A stretch of 64,000 nt of DNA. Origin: Candidatus Latescibacterota bacterium. Its GTDB lineage: Bacteria; Latescibacterota; UBA2968; GCA-2709665. Positions 1 through 10,359 of the stretch are shown here, piece after piece (the first letter of the stretch is position 1; every line of letters begins with the position of its first letter). The DNA is taken from assembly GCA_965203805.1 (NCBI GenBank), contig OZ241917.1, positions 1,952,001 through 2,016,000 of the forward strand. The letters are read 5' to 3'. Made by a program: the position numbers and the translations under genes. Under the pieces are notes generated by a model. The model was not told the DNA's origin and ran no database searches. It saw only the letters and a program-made list of their open reading frames with translations.

Positions 1-87
1 AGCGGCGCCGTCTACCTCATCCTTAGGCAGGACGGCAGCGGCACAAGCTGGTTCGACGACCTGGAAGTCGAACGCCTGCACGCCTGA
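1..87 (+). CDS. 3' end of a truncated CDS, possibly with a carbohydrate-binding module C-terminus
   Basis: Frame 1 is open from base 1 to TGA at 85-87 and translates SGAVYLILRQDGSGTSWFDDLEVERLHA. WFDDL is typical of the last strand of CBM4/9-like domains. Confidence 0.5.
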   Translation, partial: SGAVYLILRQDGSGTSWFDDLEVERLHA

Positions 88-169
88 ATGCGCCGTCATC
101 CGACTCGCAATATTGCTTACCGGAGACGGCAACGACCCGCGAATCCCTTGAAGCTCCAGCCAGGGACAA

Positions 170-1090
170 ATGATGAACAGACGTCGCGCGCCATCGCCGG
201 TGGGATTCATCGGCCTGGGGGCAATGGGCGGCGGAATGGCCCGCAATGTAATGAAAGCGGGATTTCCACTTCTTGCCTACGACATCAGAAAAGAGCCACT
301 GGACCGGATCGCCCGGTGGGGCGCGCAGGTGGCCGATGATTTATCCGGGATGGCGGAGGCTTGCGACCGGATCATCCTGATGCTTCCGGATACCGGGACC
401 GTCGAATCCGTGCTTTTCGGAGAGTCCGGCCTTCGTACCGGCCTGAGAGCGGGACACATCATCGTCGACTGCAGTACGACCCATCCCGGTTTCACGCGCA
501 AGACGTCACGATTTCTGGGTGATCTCGGAATCGGTTTTCTGGATTCGCCATGCTCGGGGATGAGCAGCCGCGCGGCGGAAGGGACCCTTACCATTATGGT
601 GGGTGGCGACATTGGCGCCTTTCACGCCGTCGAACCGCTCCTGAATGCCATGGGTTCGTCCATTCTCTACATGGGGAGGTCCGGAAACGGCCAGCTTGCA
701 AAAATCGTCAACAACACCCTTTTCAACATCTCCTGCGCGGCACTGGCCGAAGTGCTTCCGCTTGCGGTCAGACTCGGCCTGAACGCGGAGGAGATCTGCA
801 AAGCTGTGAAGACCGGAAGCGGCCAGAGCTACGGATTCGACACCTTCGCGTCTCTTGTCCTCGAACGAAATTTCGGTCCCGGCTATCCAATGAAAAACGC
901 GCGAAAAGACATCGACGCCATCACCGAGATCCTTGAAAGAGAGGGTGTGAGGTTACCCGTGGTATCGGCCGCTGCCGATACCTTTCGCGCAGCGCTGGAC
1001 AAGGGAATGGGAAACCTGAACAAGGGAGCAATGACCCGGGTCTGGGAGGAAGCTCTGGATGTTGAAGTCAGGAGAGAAACCCGGAACTGA
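170..1090 (+). CDS. NAD(P)-dependent beta-hydroxyacid dehydrogenase (3-hydroxyisobutyrate dehydrogenase / tartronate semialdehyde reductase family)
   Basis: GFIGLGAMG Rossmann motif, DSPCSG, GTLTIMVGG, catalytic KIVNN. Confidence 0.9.
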   Translation: MMNRRRAPSPVGFIGLGAMGGGMARNVMKAGFPLLAYDIRKEPLDRIARWGAQVADDLSGMAEACDRIILMLPDTGTVESVLFGESGLRTGLRAGHIIVDCSTTHPGFTRKTSRFLGDLGIGFLDSPCSGMSSRAAEGTLTIMVGGDIGAFHAVEPLLNAMGSSILYMGRSGNGQLAKIVNNTLFNISCAALAEVLPLAVRLGLNAEEICKAVKTGSGQSYGFDTFASLVLERNFGPGYPMKNARKDIDAITEILEREGVRLPVVSAAADTFRAALDKGMGNLNKGAMTRVWEEALDVEVRRETRN

Positions 1091-1165
1091 TCTCCGGTTC
1101 GCGCTTATGGACCGACCGACCTTGCGACAATCGTGTCGGCTGCCCGCAATGGGCGCATCTATTCG

Positions 1166-2434
1166 ATGAAGACCAGCACAGACATCCTCATTATTGGCGG
1201 CGGCTCCATCGGCGTCTGCACCGCCCACTATCTGTCGGAAGCGGGAAAGGACGTCGTCCTCGTCGACAAAACCGACATTTGCGCGGGCAGTTCTTACGGC
1301 AACCAGGGACTGATCGTTCCCAGTCACAGCATACCGCTTGCCGCCCCCGGGGTTATCGGGAAAGCGCTCAAGTGGATGTTCGATCCCGGGAGCCCATTCT
1401 ACATAAAGCCACGGCTGGACCCGGATCTCATCGCATGGCTATGGCAGTTTCAAGCCGCCTGTACACCGGCGCGGATGCAAATATCCCTCGCGACCTTGAG
1501 AGATCTCAATCTGGCCAGCGTACGGCTTTTCGCGGAGATCGCCGCCATCGACGGCCTCGAATTCAGCTTCAGGGAAAATGGCGGCCTGATGGTTTACAGG
1601 ACCGAAAAGGGGCTGGAGGGGGGTATCACGGAGGCCGGCATCCTGTCTGAAAAAGGCATCCGGTCGGAAATTCTCGATCCGGACGGACTCCGAAGGCTGG
1701 ACCCCGCGGCAAACTACAATGCCGCCGGCGCCGTGTACTATCCACAGGACGCCCACCTCGTCCCCTCAAGATTCGTTACGGAACTCGCCCGGCACGTTGC
1801 CGAAAATGGCAATCGCGTCAGGATTCATCCTTCGACGGAGGTGATCGGCTTCAGAGGACGAAGCCGCAGGATCCGGACCGTGGTGACCACGCGGGGCGAG
1901 TTCAGCACGAAGGAAGTCGTACTCGCCGGCGGCGCGTGGTCGCCGGCCATCGCCTCTGAACTCGGACTTAAACTGCCGATCCAGGCGGCCAAGGGCTACA
2001 GCGTCACTTTCGAACGACCGGAACGGTGCCCCTCGATTCCGGCCTCGCTCTCAGAAGCCAAGGTTGCCGTCACGCCCATGGGCGACATGCTGCGGTTCGG
2101 CGGCACCCTGGAACTGGCCGGGATGGACATGTCCATCAACAAACGGCGCGTGGCGGCCATCCTCGACGCGGTACCCCGCTATCTGCCCGACCTGAGTCCG
2201 AACAAACTGAAACACATCGAAACATGGCGCGGCCTCCGGCCCTGCACCCCGGACGGCCTGCCTTTTCTGGGACGCAGTCCGACTTACGAAAACCTCACCG
2301 TTGCGGCCGGACACGCCATGATTGGAATCTCGCTGGGACCCATTACCGGCAAGCTCGTCTCGCAGGTGATCACAGGCCGGACGCCCTCCATCGACCTGGA
2401 CCCCCTTCGGGTGGACAGATTCGCCAATTATTAG
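1166..2434 (+). CDS. FAD-dependent D-amino acid dehydrogenase/oxidase (DadA-like)
   Basis: IIGGGSIG FAD motif, SSYGNQG, AKGYS, WRGLRPCTPDGLP, GHAMIG. ATG 1166 is preferred over GTG 1133. Confidence 0.85.
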   Translation: MKTSTDILIIGGGSIGVCTAHYLSEAGKDVVLVDKTDICAGSSYGNQGLIVPSHSIPLAAPGVIGKALKWMFDPGSPFYIKPRLDPDLIAWLWQFQAACTPARMQISLATLRDLNLASVRLFAEIAAIDGLEFSFRENGGLMVYRTEKGLEGGITEAGILSEKGIRSEILDPDGLRRLDPAANYNAAGAVYYPQDAHLVPSRFVTELARHVAENGNRVRIHPSTEVIGFRGRSRRIRTVVTTRGEFSTKEVVLAGGAWSPAIASELGLKLPIQAAKGYSVTFERPERCPSIPASLSEAKVAVTPMGDMLRFGGTLELAGMDMSINKRRVAAILDAVPRYLPDLSPNKLKHIETWRGLRPCTPDGLPFLGRSPTYENLTVAAGHAMIGISLGPITGKLVSQVITGRTPSIDLDPLRVDRFANY

Positions 2435-2545
2435 ACCTGCGGGGGAGAACAAGGGCAAACAGATGCAAGCGCCTCGCAGCCGGTACGGCACCCGCGCAAT
2501 CGCAGAATCGCCCATCCGAACCGGAAAGCCAACGAAAGGTCGCGC

Positions 2546-4024
2546 ATGCCCGATTTCATCCGTTCCGACAGACCCAATGTACTGCTGATCTGTACCGATC
2601 ACTGGAGCGGGATGCTCACCGGCGAGGCGGGCCATCCCGTCGTCTCCACGCCGACGATCGACAATCTGGCCAGGTGCGGAGTCTCCTACACGAATGCCTA
2701 TTCCGCATGCCCCTCCTGCATACCCGCCCGCCGCTCCCTGTTCACCGGCATGAGCCCGAAGGCAAACGGCATGCGCTCGTTTGTCGACGGCGTTGACTTT
2801 CCCGATGCGCCCACGCTCGCCCAGTGCTTTCGCGACGCGGGATATCAGGCCTACGCCGTGGGGAAACTGCACGTCTATCCTCAGCGCCACCGGATCGGCT
2901 TCGACGACGTCCTCGTGGAGGAGCAGGGGCGGCACATCCATCACGACATTCCGGATGGCATGGCCGACGACTATGAGCTCTTCCTGGCCGAACAGGGGTA
3001 CGGAGGACAGGAGTACGCCAGCGGGATGACGCAGAACGAATACATCGCCCGAACCTGGCACCTGCCCGAATACTGCCATCCGATAAACTGGGCGGCGAGG
3101 GAGATGTGCAAAACCATCCGTCGACGGGATCCGAGAAAGCCCGGATTCTGGTACCTCTCCTTCTCCGCGCCGCATCCGCCCACGACGCCGTTGCAAACCT
3201 ACCTGGATCTCTACCGGGACGTACCTCTGGACGAACCTGCCACGGGCAACTGGTCGGAAAACTTCGATGACCTTCCTTACCATATCAAGACACTCAGCAA
3301 CCCGGACAACCTCGCGATGGCGCGCGCCAAGCCGCACGAATGGGAATTCTCGCGCCGCGCCTATTACGCAACGCTCACCCATATCGATCATCAGATCCGG
3401 GTCGTCATCGGATACCTGCGGGAATGCGGACTCCTGGACAGCACCATCGTCGTCTTCACGAGCGACCACGGCCACATGGTCGGAGAACACGGCCTGTGGT
3501 GTATGACGCCGTTTTACGAAATGTCGGCCAGGATTCCTCTGGTCGTCATGCCCGTGAAGGGAGACGCTCGTCTTCCCGCCGGAACACATGACGGTCGTCT
3601 GGCCGAGTTCGCCGATATCATGCCGACCCTGCTGGACCTGACGGGCGTTCCCATCCCGGACCAGGTCGACCGGCAGAGCCTGGCAGGCGACCGGCGCCGC
3701 GACGAACTCTACGGCGAACATGGAGAAGGTTCCGCGGCGATGCGCATGGTACACGACGGGCGATTCAAACTCATTTACTATCCCGTAGGAAATCAGGCTC
3801 AGCTCTTCGATATCGAAAATGATCCGCGGGAAACGCGGGACCTCGCCGCCGATGCCGGCCACGCCGGCATCCTTGACCGGCTCAGGAATCGTCTGGTCGC
3901 GAACCTCTACGGCGAAGATCTCAACTGGCTCGAGGACGGCGAACTCGTCGGCCTTCCCGCCAGGGAATACGTACCCTCGGCCAAGCGTGCGATGCGCGGC
4001 CAGCGCGGCCTTCGGTATATGTGA
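2546..4024 (+). CDS. Cys-type formylglycine sulfatase (choline-sulfatase-like)
   Basis: PNVLLICTDH, CIPAR (CxPxR), GKLH, APHPP, SDHG. Confidence 0.9.
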   Translation: MPDFIRSDRPNVLLICTDHWSGMLTGEAGHPVVSTPTIDNLARCGVSYTNAYSACPSCIPARRSLFTGMSPKANGMRSFVDGVDFPDAPTLAQCFRDAGYQAYAVGKLHVYPQRHRIGFDDVLVEEQGRHIHHDIPDGMADDYELFLAEQGYGGQEYASGMTQNEYIARTWHLPEYCHPINWAAREMCKTIRRRDPRKPGFWYLSFSAPHPPTTPLQTYLDLYRDVPLDEPATGNWSENFDDLPYHIKTLSNPDNLAMARAKPHEWEFSRRAYYATLTHIDHQIRVVIGYLRECGLLDSTIVVFTSDHGHMVGEHGLWCMTPFYEMSARIPLVVMPVKGDARLPAGTHDGRLAEFADIMPTLLDLTGVPIPDQVDRQSLAGDRRRDELYGEHGEGSAAMRMVHDGRFKLIYYPVGNQAQLFDIENDPRETRDLAADAGHAGILDRLRNRLVANLYGEDLNWLEDGELVGLPAREYVPSAKRAMRGQRGLRYM

Positions 4025-4078
4025 CCGTCATCGCCGCGAGACCCACACAACGCGGTCACCCACCGGAAGGAGCCTTGC

Positions 4079-6439
4079 ATGCCCTCATCCGCAGCCGAAA
4101 CGTCCGTCCGCGCGGTCACGGTGATGATCTACACGCGTTACGAATATCGCAAGGTGTACGCCCGGGTCCACCTGCTCGGCGAAACCCATCTCGCGCCAGG
4201 GGGCAAAGTGGAACTGGTCCTGTACAGCACGCGTTCCGGTGAGACGAGAGAAACCAAAGACGTCGAAGCTGTCGGGTGCGACGAAGTCGCCTTTGACACC
4301 GGGGAGATTCCGTCGGGCTGCTGCGACTTCAAGGCCACCTTTATCGACCGGTTCGGTACCCGCTTCACCACCCGTACGCTGCAGGACAAGTGGCCGGGCG
4401 ACTTTCCGTGGCTGGGGTCCCGCGAGGGGATCACCCGCCGGGTACCCGGACCATGGACGCCGCTGAATACCACCGAAACCGGAGACGGCCTGGAAATCAC
4501 CTGCTGGGGCAGAACCTACACCTTTTCGACAACCGCCTTTGCGGCGCACGCGACCTCAGCCGGCAGCCGGCTGCTTGCCGGCCCCCTGAGGCCGGTCGCC
4601 CGTGTAAACGGCAAAAAGGTCCGCTGGACCGGCGGCCGTCTCGAACTGATCTCGGCGGAAAGAGACCAGGCTGTGTTCAATATACGATTCGAATCCTCCT
4701 CGAGTCTGACCGTGTCGGCCAGACTCGAAGTCGACTTCGACGGGATGGCACGAGTCGACTGGTCCGCCACCGCCGGCACGATCCTGCGCCTCGACGCGCT
4801 TTCGGTTGAAATGCCCGTTCTGAAGGACCACGCAAAATATCTGTACCACTTTCCCGGTAGCTGGGGCGAAGCCAGAAACGTCGGCGCGCTGCCGAAGAGC
4901 GATATCAAGATGGGGTTTCGCCCGTACATCTGGCTGGGGGACGAGGACCGCGGCATCTCGCTGTTTGCGGAGTCGGATGCGGGTTTTCACGTCCGTAATC
5001 CGGGGAAAGTGACAGAAATCGTCCGTCGCAAGAACCGGGTACGGCTGCGCGTCCATTGCGTCTCTACACCAATAAAACTCCTTCCGGGCAGCCGCCAGGG
5101 CGGGCAGTTTACAGGTTTCGGAACCGAAGATCTCAAGCCGCTCACGCCCGGCGGGGTCGTCACGGACAAACTTCGCTACACCTTCGGATTCCAGGCCACG
5201 CCCGTCAAGCCCGTTACGGAGGACGCCTGGGACCAGCGCGTCTTCTGCATCGGCCAATCCACGACAGGTTTCAGTCCCCGATTGGACGTTTCGGACGCCC
5301 TCCTGGACAGGTGCGTGGAGTCCGGCGTCCGGGCCGTCGTCCTCTTCGAACACTGGGCCGACGCCGAAGCGTACACCCGAACGCCCCATGCCGCTGAAGT
5401 CCGGAAGATCGTCAGGGCCTGCAAGGACCGTGGACTTCAGATTCTGCTCTACTTCGGTTTCCTGATCTCGGATATCATCGACGAATGGCAGGCCGTGGGC
5501 AAAGACGCGCTCATCCTGCCCAAGGGCGGATATCCTGTCTTCCACTACCAGCCGCAGCCCGAACAATCCGCCTGGCGGGTCTGTCTCAACAGTCCCTGGC
5601 AGGACCTGCTCACCGACGGAATGGCGAAGATCATGGATGAATTCGACATCGACGGCGTCTACCTGGACGGGACCGAATATCCGTTCGGCTGCTGCAACAC
5701 CGAGCACGGATGCGGGCATGTAAGGGCTGACGGCAGCATCGCACAGACCTATCCCATCTTCAGTACGCGCTCGGCGATGCGGCGCATCTACGACATCGTA
5801 ACGTCCCGCAAGAAGGACGGCCACGTCAACGTACACAACTCCACCTGCATGACCATGCCCACCCTCGGCTGGGCGACCGGTTATTGGGACGGCGAGCAGT
5901 TCCAGGGTGTCGGCGGCGGGGTGGACGTTGCCAAACTTCTGCCTCTGGATGCTTTCCGCGCCGAATTCATGGGCCGGCAGTGGGGCGTTCCCGCCGAATT
6001 CCTCCACGCGGGCGCCGCCTACACGTATGAACAGGCCTGGGCGTTCACGCTTCTGCACGACGTTCCCGTCCGGCCCCACAATGCGGACGATGACCTGGAC
6101 CTCGCCGCCCGGATCTGGCGGGTCATGGACGCATTCGACCGCAAAAACGCCGATTGGCTTCCCTATTGGCGAAACAAGGACCAGATCGGCGTTTCTCCAA
6201 GGAACGCGCACGCCAGCATCTATCGCCACCCGGAAAACGGCGTCCTTGCGGCGATCTCCAATATGGGCGGCAAACGCCGGACCGTCACCGTCAGGTTGGA
6301 CCGGAAGAAGCTGGGCCTCAGGGGAACCTTGCGTGCGATGGATCCCCTGAACAACAAAACCGTCCCGATAAGGGACGGTGTATTGGAGTTTCCTCTTTCC
6401 AGCCTGGAGTGGAAACTCATCCGGTTGGTCGATGGCTGA
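4079..6439 (+). CDS. DUF6067-like / glycoside-hydrolase-like protein
   Basis: VPGPWTP, YTFGFQATPVK, DGVYLDGT, WLPYWRN motifs typical of this TIM-barrel GH-like family. Confidence 0.6.
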   Translation: MPSSAAETSVRAVTVMIYTRYEYRKVYARVHLLGETHLAPGGKVELVLYSTRSGETRETKDVEAVGCDEVAFDTGEIPSGCCDFKATFIDRFGTRFTTRTLQDKWPGDFPWLGSREGITRRVPGPWTPLNTTETGDGLEITCWGRTYTFSTTAFAAHATSAGSRLLAGPLRPVARVNGKKVRWTGGRLELISAERDQAVFNIRFESSSSLTVSARLEVDFDGMARVDWSATAGTILRLDALSVEMPVLKDHAKYLYHFPGSWGEARNVGALPKSDIKMGFRPYIWLGDEDRGISLFAESDAGFHVRNPGKVTEIVRRKNRVRLRVHCVSTPIKLLPGSRQGGQFTGFGTEDLKPLTPGGVVTDKLRYTFGFQATPVKPVTEDAWDQRVFCIGQSTTGFSPRLDVSDALLDRCVESGVRAVVLFEHWADAEAYTRTPHAAEVRKIVRACKDRGLQILLYFGFLISDIIDEWQAVGKDALILPKGGYPVFHYQPQPEQSAWRVCLNSPWQDLLTDGMAKIMDEFDIDGVYLDGTEYPFGCCNTEHGCGHVRADGSIAQTYPIFSTRSAMRRIYDIVTSRKKDGHVNVHNSTCMTMPTLGWATGYWDGEQFQGVGGGVDVAKLLPLDAFRAEFMGRQWGVPAEFLHAGAAYTYEQAWAFTLLHDVPVRPHNADDDLDLAARIWRVMDAFDRKNADWLPYWRNKDQIGVSPRNAHASIYRHPENGVLAAISNMGGKRRTVTVRLDRKKLGLRGTLRAMDPLNNKTVPIRDGVLEFPLSSLEWKLIRLVDG

Positions 6440-6447
6440 ACGGCGTG

Positions 6448-7428
6448 TCAGGATTCATTGACTGCCTGCATCAGGGCGTGGATGTACCCGTAGGTATAGG
6501 CGAAGGCGACTTGTGCCGGTGCCTCGCCTGATATTCCGGGGACGTGATCCGGCATGATCATATACTCGTAACCCACCTCCTTGAACGTCCGCAGTGCTCT
6601 CAGCATGTCCACGTCGCCTTCGTCGGGAAACACCTCCACAAAGTCCCGGAATCCGCCCCTGATATTTCGAAAGTGCAGGTTGAAGATCTTCTTTCGGCGG
6701 CCGAACCAGCGGATTATCTCGTAGATTTCCTCGCCGGGATTTTCAAGGCTCTCTGAAATCGTGCCGAGACAGAAATTCAGACCGTTGTAAGGGCTGTCGT
6801 ATGTCTCGACGAACTTCTTCAGCCCGTCCACCATGCCCATCACCCGGGCGACGCCCCGGTACGTGACATCCCCTATCCCCGGGTCGGATGGATGACAGGC
6901 CATCTGGATCCGGTACTCTTCGGCCACCGGCATAATGCGTCCGAGCCAGTATTCGATACGTTCCCACATCGTATCGGCATCGGCCGCCCCGCCTTCGAAC
7001 ACCCCCAGCGTCTGGTCCAGTTTTGCGTATTCAAAAGAGGATAGCCGCGCCCCGCCGCGACCGGTTCTGGACCCGGTCCGGAGGTGACCGAGTATCGTTA
7101 TGTTATAGTTCAAGCCGCGAAGCCCTGCTTTGGAGGCCATCCGTACGATCTCGCACAGCCGGTCGATCTGCCGTTCCCGCTCATCTCCCGGGCCCAGGAA
7201 GACGGCGCCCGCGGGATTGCTGAACGCGCTGCCCGAACTAAGCGGGATGTGAATCATCTCGAGATTGATGCCGTACCTGTCGAATCGCTCGCGCATCCGG
7301 ATGAGCATCTCCGCCGTCCAGTCCGTCCACGGCTCCGACGGCGTCTGGTCCACATGATACACGCCCAGCTGCGAAAGGACCTTGATATCGGTTTCATGCC
7401 GGCATCCGACTTGCGTCCCTATGTACAT
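6448..7428 (-). CDS. uxuA: mannonate dehydratase (UxuA) family protein
   Basis: CHPSDP, NGLNFCLGT, HFRNI, EVFPDEGDVDM, MPDHVP. ATG 7428 follows AGAGGA. Confidence 0.75.
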   Translation of the reverse strand: MYIGTQVGCRHETDIKVLSQLGVYHVDQTPSEPWTDWTAEMLIRMRERFDRYGINLEMIHIPLSSGSAFSNPAGAVFLGPGDERERQIDRLCEIVRMASKAGLRGLNYNITILGHLRTGSRTGRGGARLSSFEYAKLDQTLGVFEGGAADADTMWERIEYWLGRIMPVAEEYRIQMACHPSDPGIGDVTYRGVARVMGMVDGLKKFVETYDSPYNGLNFCLGTISESLENPGEEIYEIIRWFGRRKKIFNLHFRNIRGGFRDFVEVFPDEGDVDMLRALRTFKEVGYEYMIMPDHVPGISGEAPAQVAFAYTYGYIHALMQAVNES

Positions 7429-7465
7429 GCTTGAGTCCTCTCGATGGAATCCACAGAACCTGGCA

Positions 7466-8344
7466 CTACAGCACGCCGATCGCCGGGCGGGACGGCATCG
7501 CAGCGGCAAACTGCGCCACGCTTTCCCACGGGGGCTTCAGCGCGTGACGGGAGGAGACCGGCTCGGGCCGGCGATAACGCACGTGCACGGTGTGTCTTGG
7601 ACGCGCGGTGTGCCTGACGGATCCGCAGTGATAGCTGCAATTGTTGAACAATACAGCGGTTCCCGCCCTGCCGTATATATCGACCCGGCCCGTTCGGCGC
7701 GTCAGTTCGCGTCCGAAAGCATCCACCCAGACGGGACGCTCCGGGTCGACGTAACTCACGTCGGCGTCGTCGATGCGCAGCCGGTCCCGCGCACCCCACC
7801 CGCTGCTCCCTGTGTGCGTTTTCGGCAGACTTCGCTTGGTCTCGACGCTTTCCGGAATGATGCTGAAGCAGTGGGATTCGTCGTCGACGTCATCCATGTA
7901 GAAGATCGCCTGCAGCGCCGGGACGAAAAACTCGTTTTGGTCTGCGCCTTCCACGTTTCCGCTGTCTTCACGATGCCACACGCGCGTGAGACACAGCGGA
8001 TCGCCACCATCGGCATCTTCGGGGGGTTGGACGTCGCAGGGCTCCCGCCTGAGAAACGTCAGACCGGACAACCGGGCGTCCGGGCCCAGGATACGTCGGA
8101 CGAGGGGCGCGATTGAGGGATGGCAGACCAGCCCGTCCAGGGCCTCGGTCCGGTGGAGGAGTTCGGGCGCGTCGCAGCCCACGGACAGATGACCGGACGC
8201 GGCGGGAGACGGCTCCCAGAATTCCGGATGCGCGTCGCGGTCCGCGGCGATTCCCTTGTTGACCCGGGCAACCTCTTCATCGGTCAGTGCGTCCGGGACG
8301 ACGATATAACCGTTTTCTCTGAAAAACCCGATCGTTTCTTCCAT
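7466..8344 (-). CDS. phytanoyl-CoA dioxygenase (PhyH) family Fe(II)/2-oxoglutarate enzyme
   Basis: FFRENGYIVVPDAL N-terminus, WHRED, GRAGTAVLFN, distal YHCG, terminal Arg. Confidence 0.8.
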   Translation of the reverse strand: MEETIGFFRENGYIVVPDALTDEEVARVNKGIAADRDAHPEFWEPSPAASGHLSVGCDAPELLHRTEALDGLVCHPSIAPLVRRILGPDARLSGLTFLRREPCDVQPPEDADGGDPLCLTRVWHREDSGNVEGADQNEFFVPALQAIFYMDDVDDESHCFSIIPESVETKRSLPKTHTGSSGWGARDRLRIDDADVSYVDPERPVWVDAFGRELTRRTGRVDIYGRAGTAVLFNNCSYHCGSVRHTARPRHTVHVRYRRPEPVSSRHALKPPWESVAQFAAAMPSRPAIGVL

Positions 8345-8706
8345 GGATATCTTCCCTCTCGCTACCGGTTCAGCCCGGAGCATCCAGGGGTTCGTCCCCG
8401 AACGTTCGTTCTGAGCGTTCCGACCGTTGGAGGAACCGCAACCCGTTTATTGAGAGCCTTCGCCCGTTACAACCACGGGTGCTTCCCACAAATCTAACGA
8501 GATGAATAGATAACAACGAGCGGGCATAAGTCAAGGCAAAAACCGCTGCAGCCGCCGTGCGCAAGGATGTTGCCGGGTGGTCATGCGATGGATATATTGT
8601 ACGCCGCTCAGCCATCACTGACCGCCATTCTCAAAACCAAGGCGGTGGAACCACCGGGCAGCCTGTTATTCGACTCCGATCGCCCGAAACCGCAAGAGGG
8701 GCCCCG

Positions 8707-10269
8707 ATGTCCAGACTTCGGAACGTCAACACGACCGATATCGCGGATGCCATCCGCCTGGGCTGCCGCACGATGTGCAACGTGTTCAACGCGGATGACG
8801 ACAATGTCCCCTTCTTCGGTTCCAGGGTGTTCCCGGAAGCGCGGCTGAGCTTCAGTCCCGTGCATTCCGAATCACACGTTCCCGGGCGCCACCTGAACGC
8901 ATTGCTCAACGCCGAAGATGCGATCGGGATCGAACTGGACGAGCGCTGCATCGACAACCACGCCAGCGCCGCCTTTCTTGCGTATAGCGGGCCCGTTGCC
9001 CTGCCGATCAACCGGGACGAGGCTGGGGGACCGCCAGTCAACTTCACGCCGCATAACTGCCGGGAAGGATTCCATGCGTTGTACCCCCTGGTCCATTTCA
9101 GACATTCCGAACGCGCCAGGGAGTTCGCCGAAGCCAGTATCCGCGCAATTTTGAAATACTGGAGTCCGATGGCCGGCTGGGACTACGATACCCTCGAAGA
9201 CGAACTGGGACTCCGTGTCCACCGCTCCACCTATGTCGTCGGGCTCGGACGTTCCATCGGACCGCTGGTGAAGTACTATAAGGCGACGGGATACGGCGCC
9301 GCACTCGACCTGGCTATCGTCCTGAAGGACAAGGCGCTGGAGTTTTTCACCGAGAGCGGGGACTACAACCGCGAGACCTTCGGTTCCCATACGCACTCCA
9401 CCACGTGTGTGATGTCTTCCCTCGCCCAGTTCGCCGAACTGACGTCTGACGCTCGCCTGATGGGCCGCGTGAAAGCCTTCTACGACAACGGACTCCCCGA
9501 ATTCAGCGATCCGCTCGGTTGGGTCATTGAAAACAGCGGGGACGAAGCGCCGGCCGACCGGGGAGAAATCAACAACTCCGGCGACATACTGGAAACCGCG
9601 CTCATCCTCGGCCGCTGGGGATTTCCCGAGTATTACGGCGACGCGGAACGCATTCTTCGGTCCCATATTCTGCCTTCCCAACTGCGCGACGTGTCGTTTA
9701 TCAATGACCCGCCCAATCCCGAGGGTGAGGACGGCAAACGGGCCGTCGCCGATCGTCACCTGGGCGCATTCGGCTTTCCGGCACCGTACGGGCACCATCC
9801 GATCGACACGGAAACTATCAGTTTCAATATGGACATCGTGGGCGGCGGTGTGGCCTCACTGTGTGAGGCCTACCGGGAAATTGCCCGTACCGACATTGCG
9901 GGCCACCGTGTCAATTTGCTGTTCGATTACGAGTCGCCGGGACTGAGGATCGAATCCCCCTACACGCATCCGGCGCTGCGCGTCCGTGTAAAGCGCGCGG
10001 GCCCGCTGTTCGTGCGCGTTCCATCCTGGGTACAGACGTCTCAAGTCCGCGTCCGCGGCGCGCGGGAGGCACCGCGGCAAACGAACGACTATCTCTATAT
10101 CGCCCGCCCCCCGCTGAACCGTACGATGACGTTCGAGTTTCCACTCACCGAACGGAAAATCGTCCTGGACCACCGGACCCGGCAGATCCGCGCGAGACTG
10201 CGAGGAGACGAAGTGGTGGCTATGGACAACTTCGGCGCGAACCTGACGTTTTTCGATCCGTACGAGTAA
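8707..10269 (+). CDS. hypothetical protein, possibly GH127-like (alpha/alpha)6-barrel
   Basis: 520-aa ORF with ATG after AGAGGG. C-terminal VNLLF...LFVRVPSW resembles GH127-type beta-sandwich domains. Confidence 0.55.
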   Translation: MSRLRNVNTTDIADAIRLGCRTMCNVFNADDDNVPFFGSRVFPEARLSFSPVHSESHVPGRHLNALLNAEDAIGIELDERCIDNHASAAFLAYSGPVALPINRDEAGGPPVNFTPHNCREGFHALYPLVHFRHSERAREFAEASIRAILKYWSPMAGWDYDTLEDELGLRVHRSTYVVGLGRSIGPLVKYYKATGYGAALDLAIVLKDKALEFFTESGDYNRETFGSHTHSTTCVMSSLAQFAELTSDARLMGRVKAFYDNGLPEFSDPLGWVIENSGDEAPADRGEINNSGDILETALILGRWGFPEYYGDAERILRSHILPSQLRDVSFINDPPNPEGEDGKRAVADRHLGAFGFPAPYGHHPIDTETISFNMDIVGGGVASLCEAYREIARTDIAGHRVNLLFDYESPGLRIESPYTHPALRVRVKRAGPLFVRVPSWVQTSQVRVRGAREAPRQTNDYLYIARPPLNRTMTFEFPLTERKIVLDHRTRQIRARLRGDEVVAMDNFGANLTFFDPYE

Positions 10270-10359
10270 ACCCACCGACGATAAACCGGATAGCCGTCTT
10301 CGAGACGCCAACGTCCCGCGCAATCAGGAACATGACCGCGCTACGGAAAGGAGCAAGGT

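Noticed and set aside
2051-6229. Long antisense ORFs (2051-3862, 4556-6229; likewise 18191-19378, 32949-34364, 38965-40353, 60450-61502)
   Set aside because: Shadow ORFs opposite well-supported genes in high-GC DNA, with no recognisable motifs.
8345-8540. Riboswitch (c-di-GMP-like) in the PhyH leader
   Set aside because: Only small hairpins; the conserved GCAAAC / GAAA / GACGCAAAG elements are absent.
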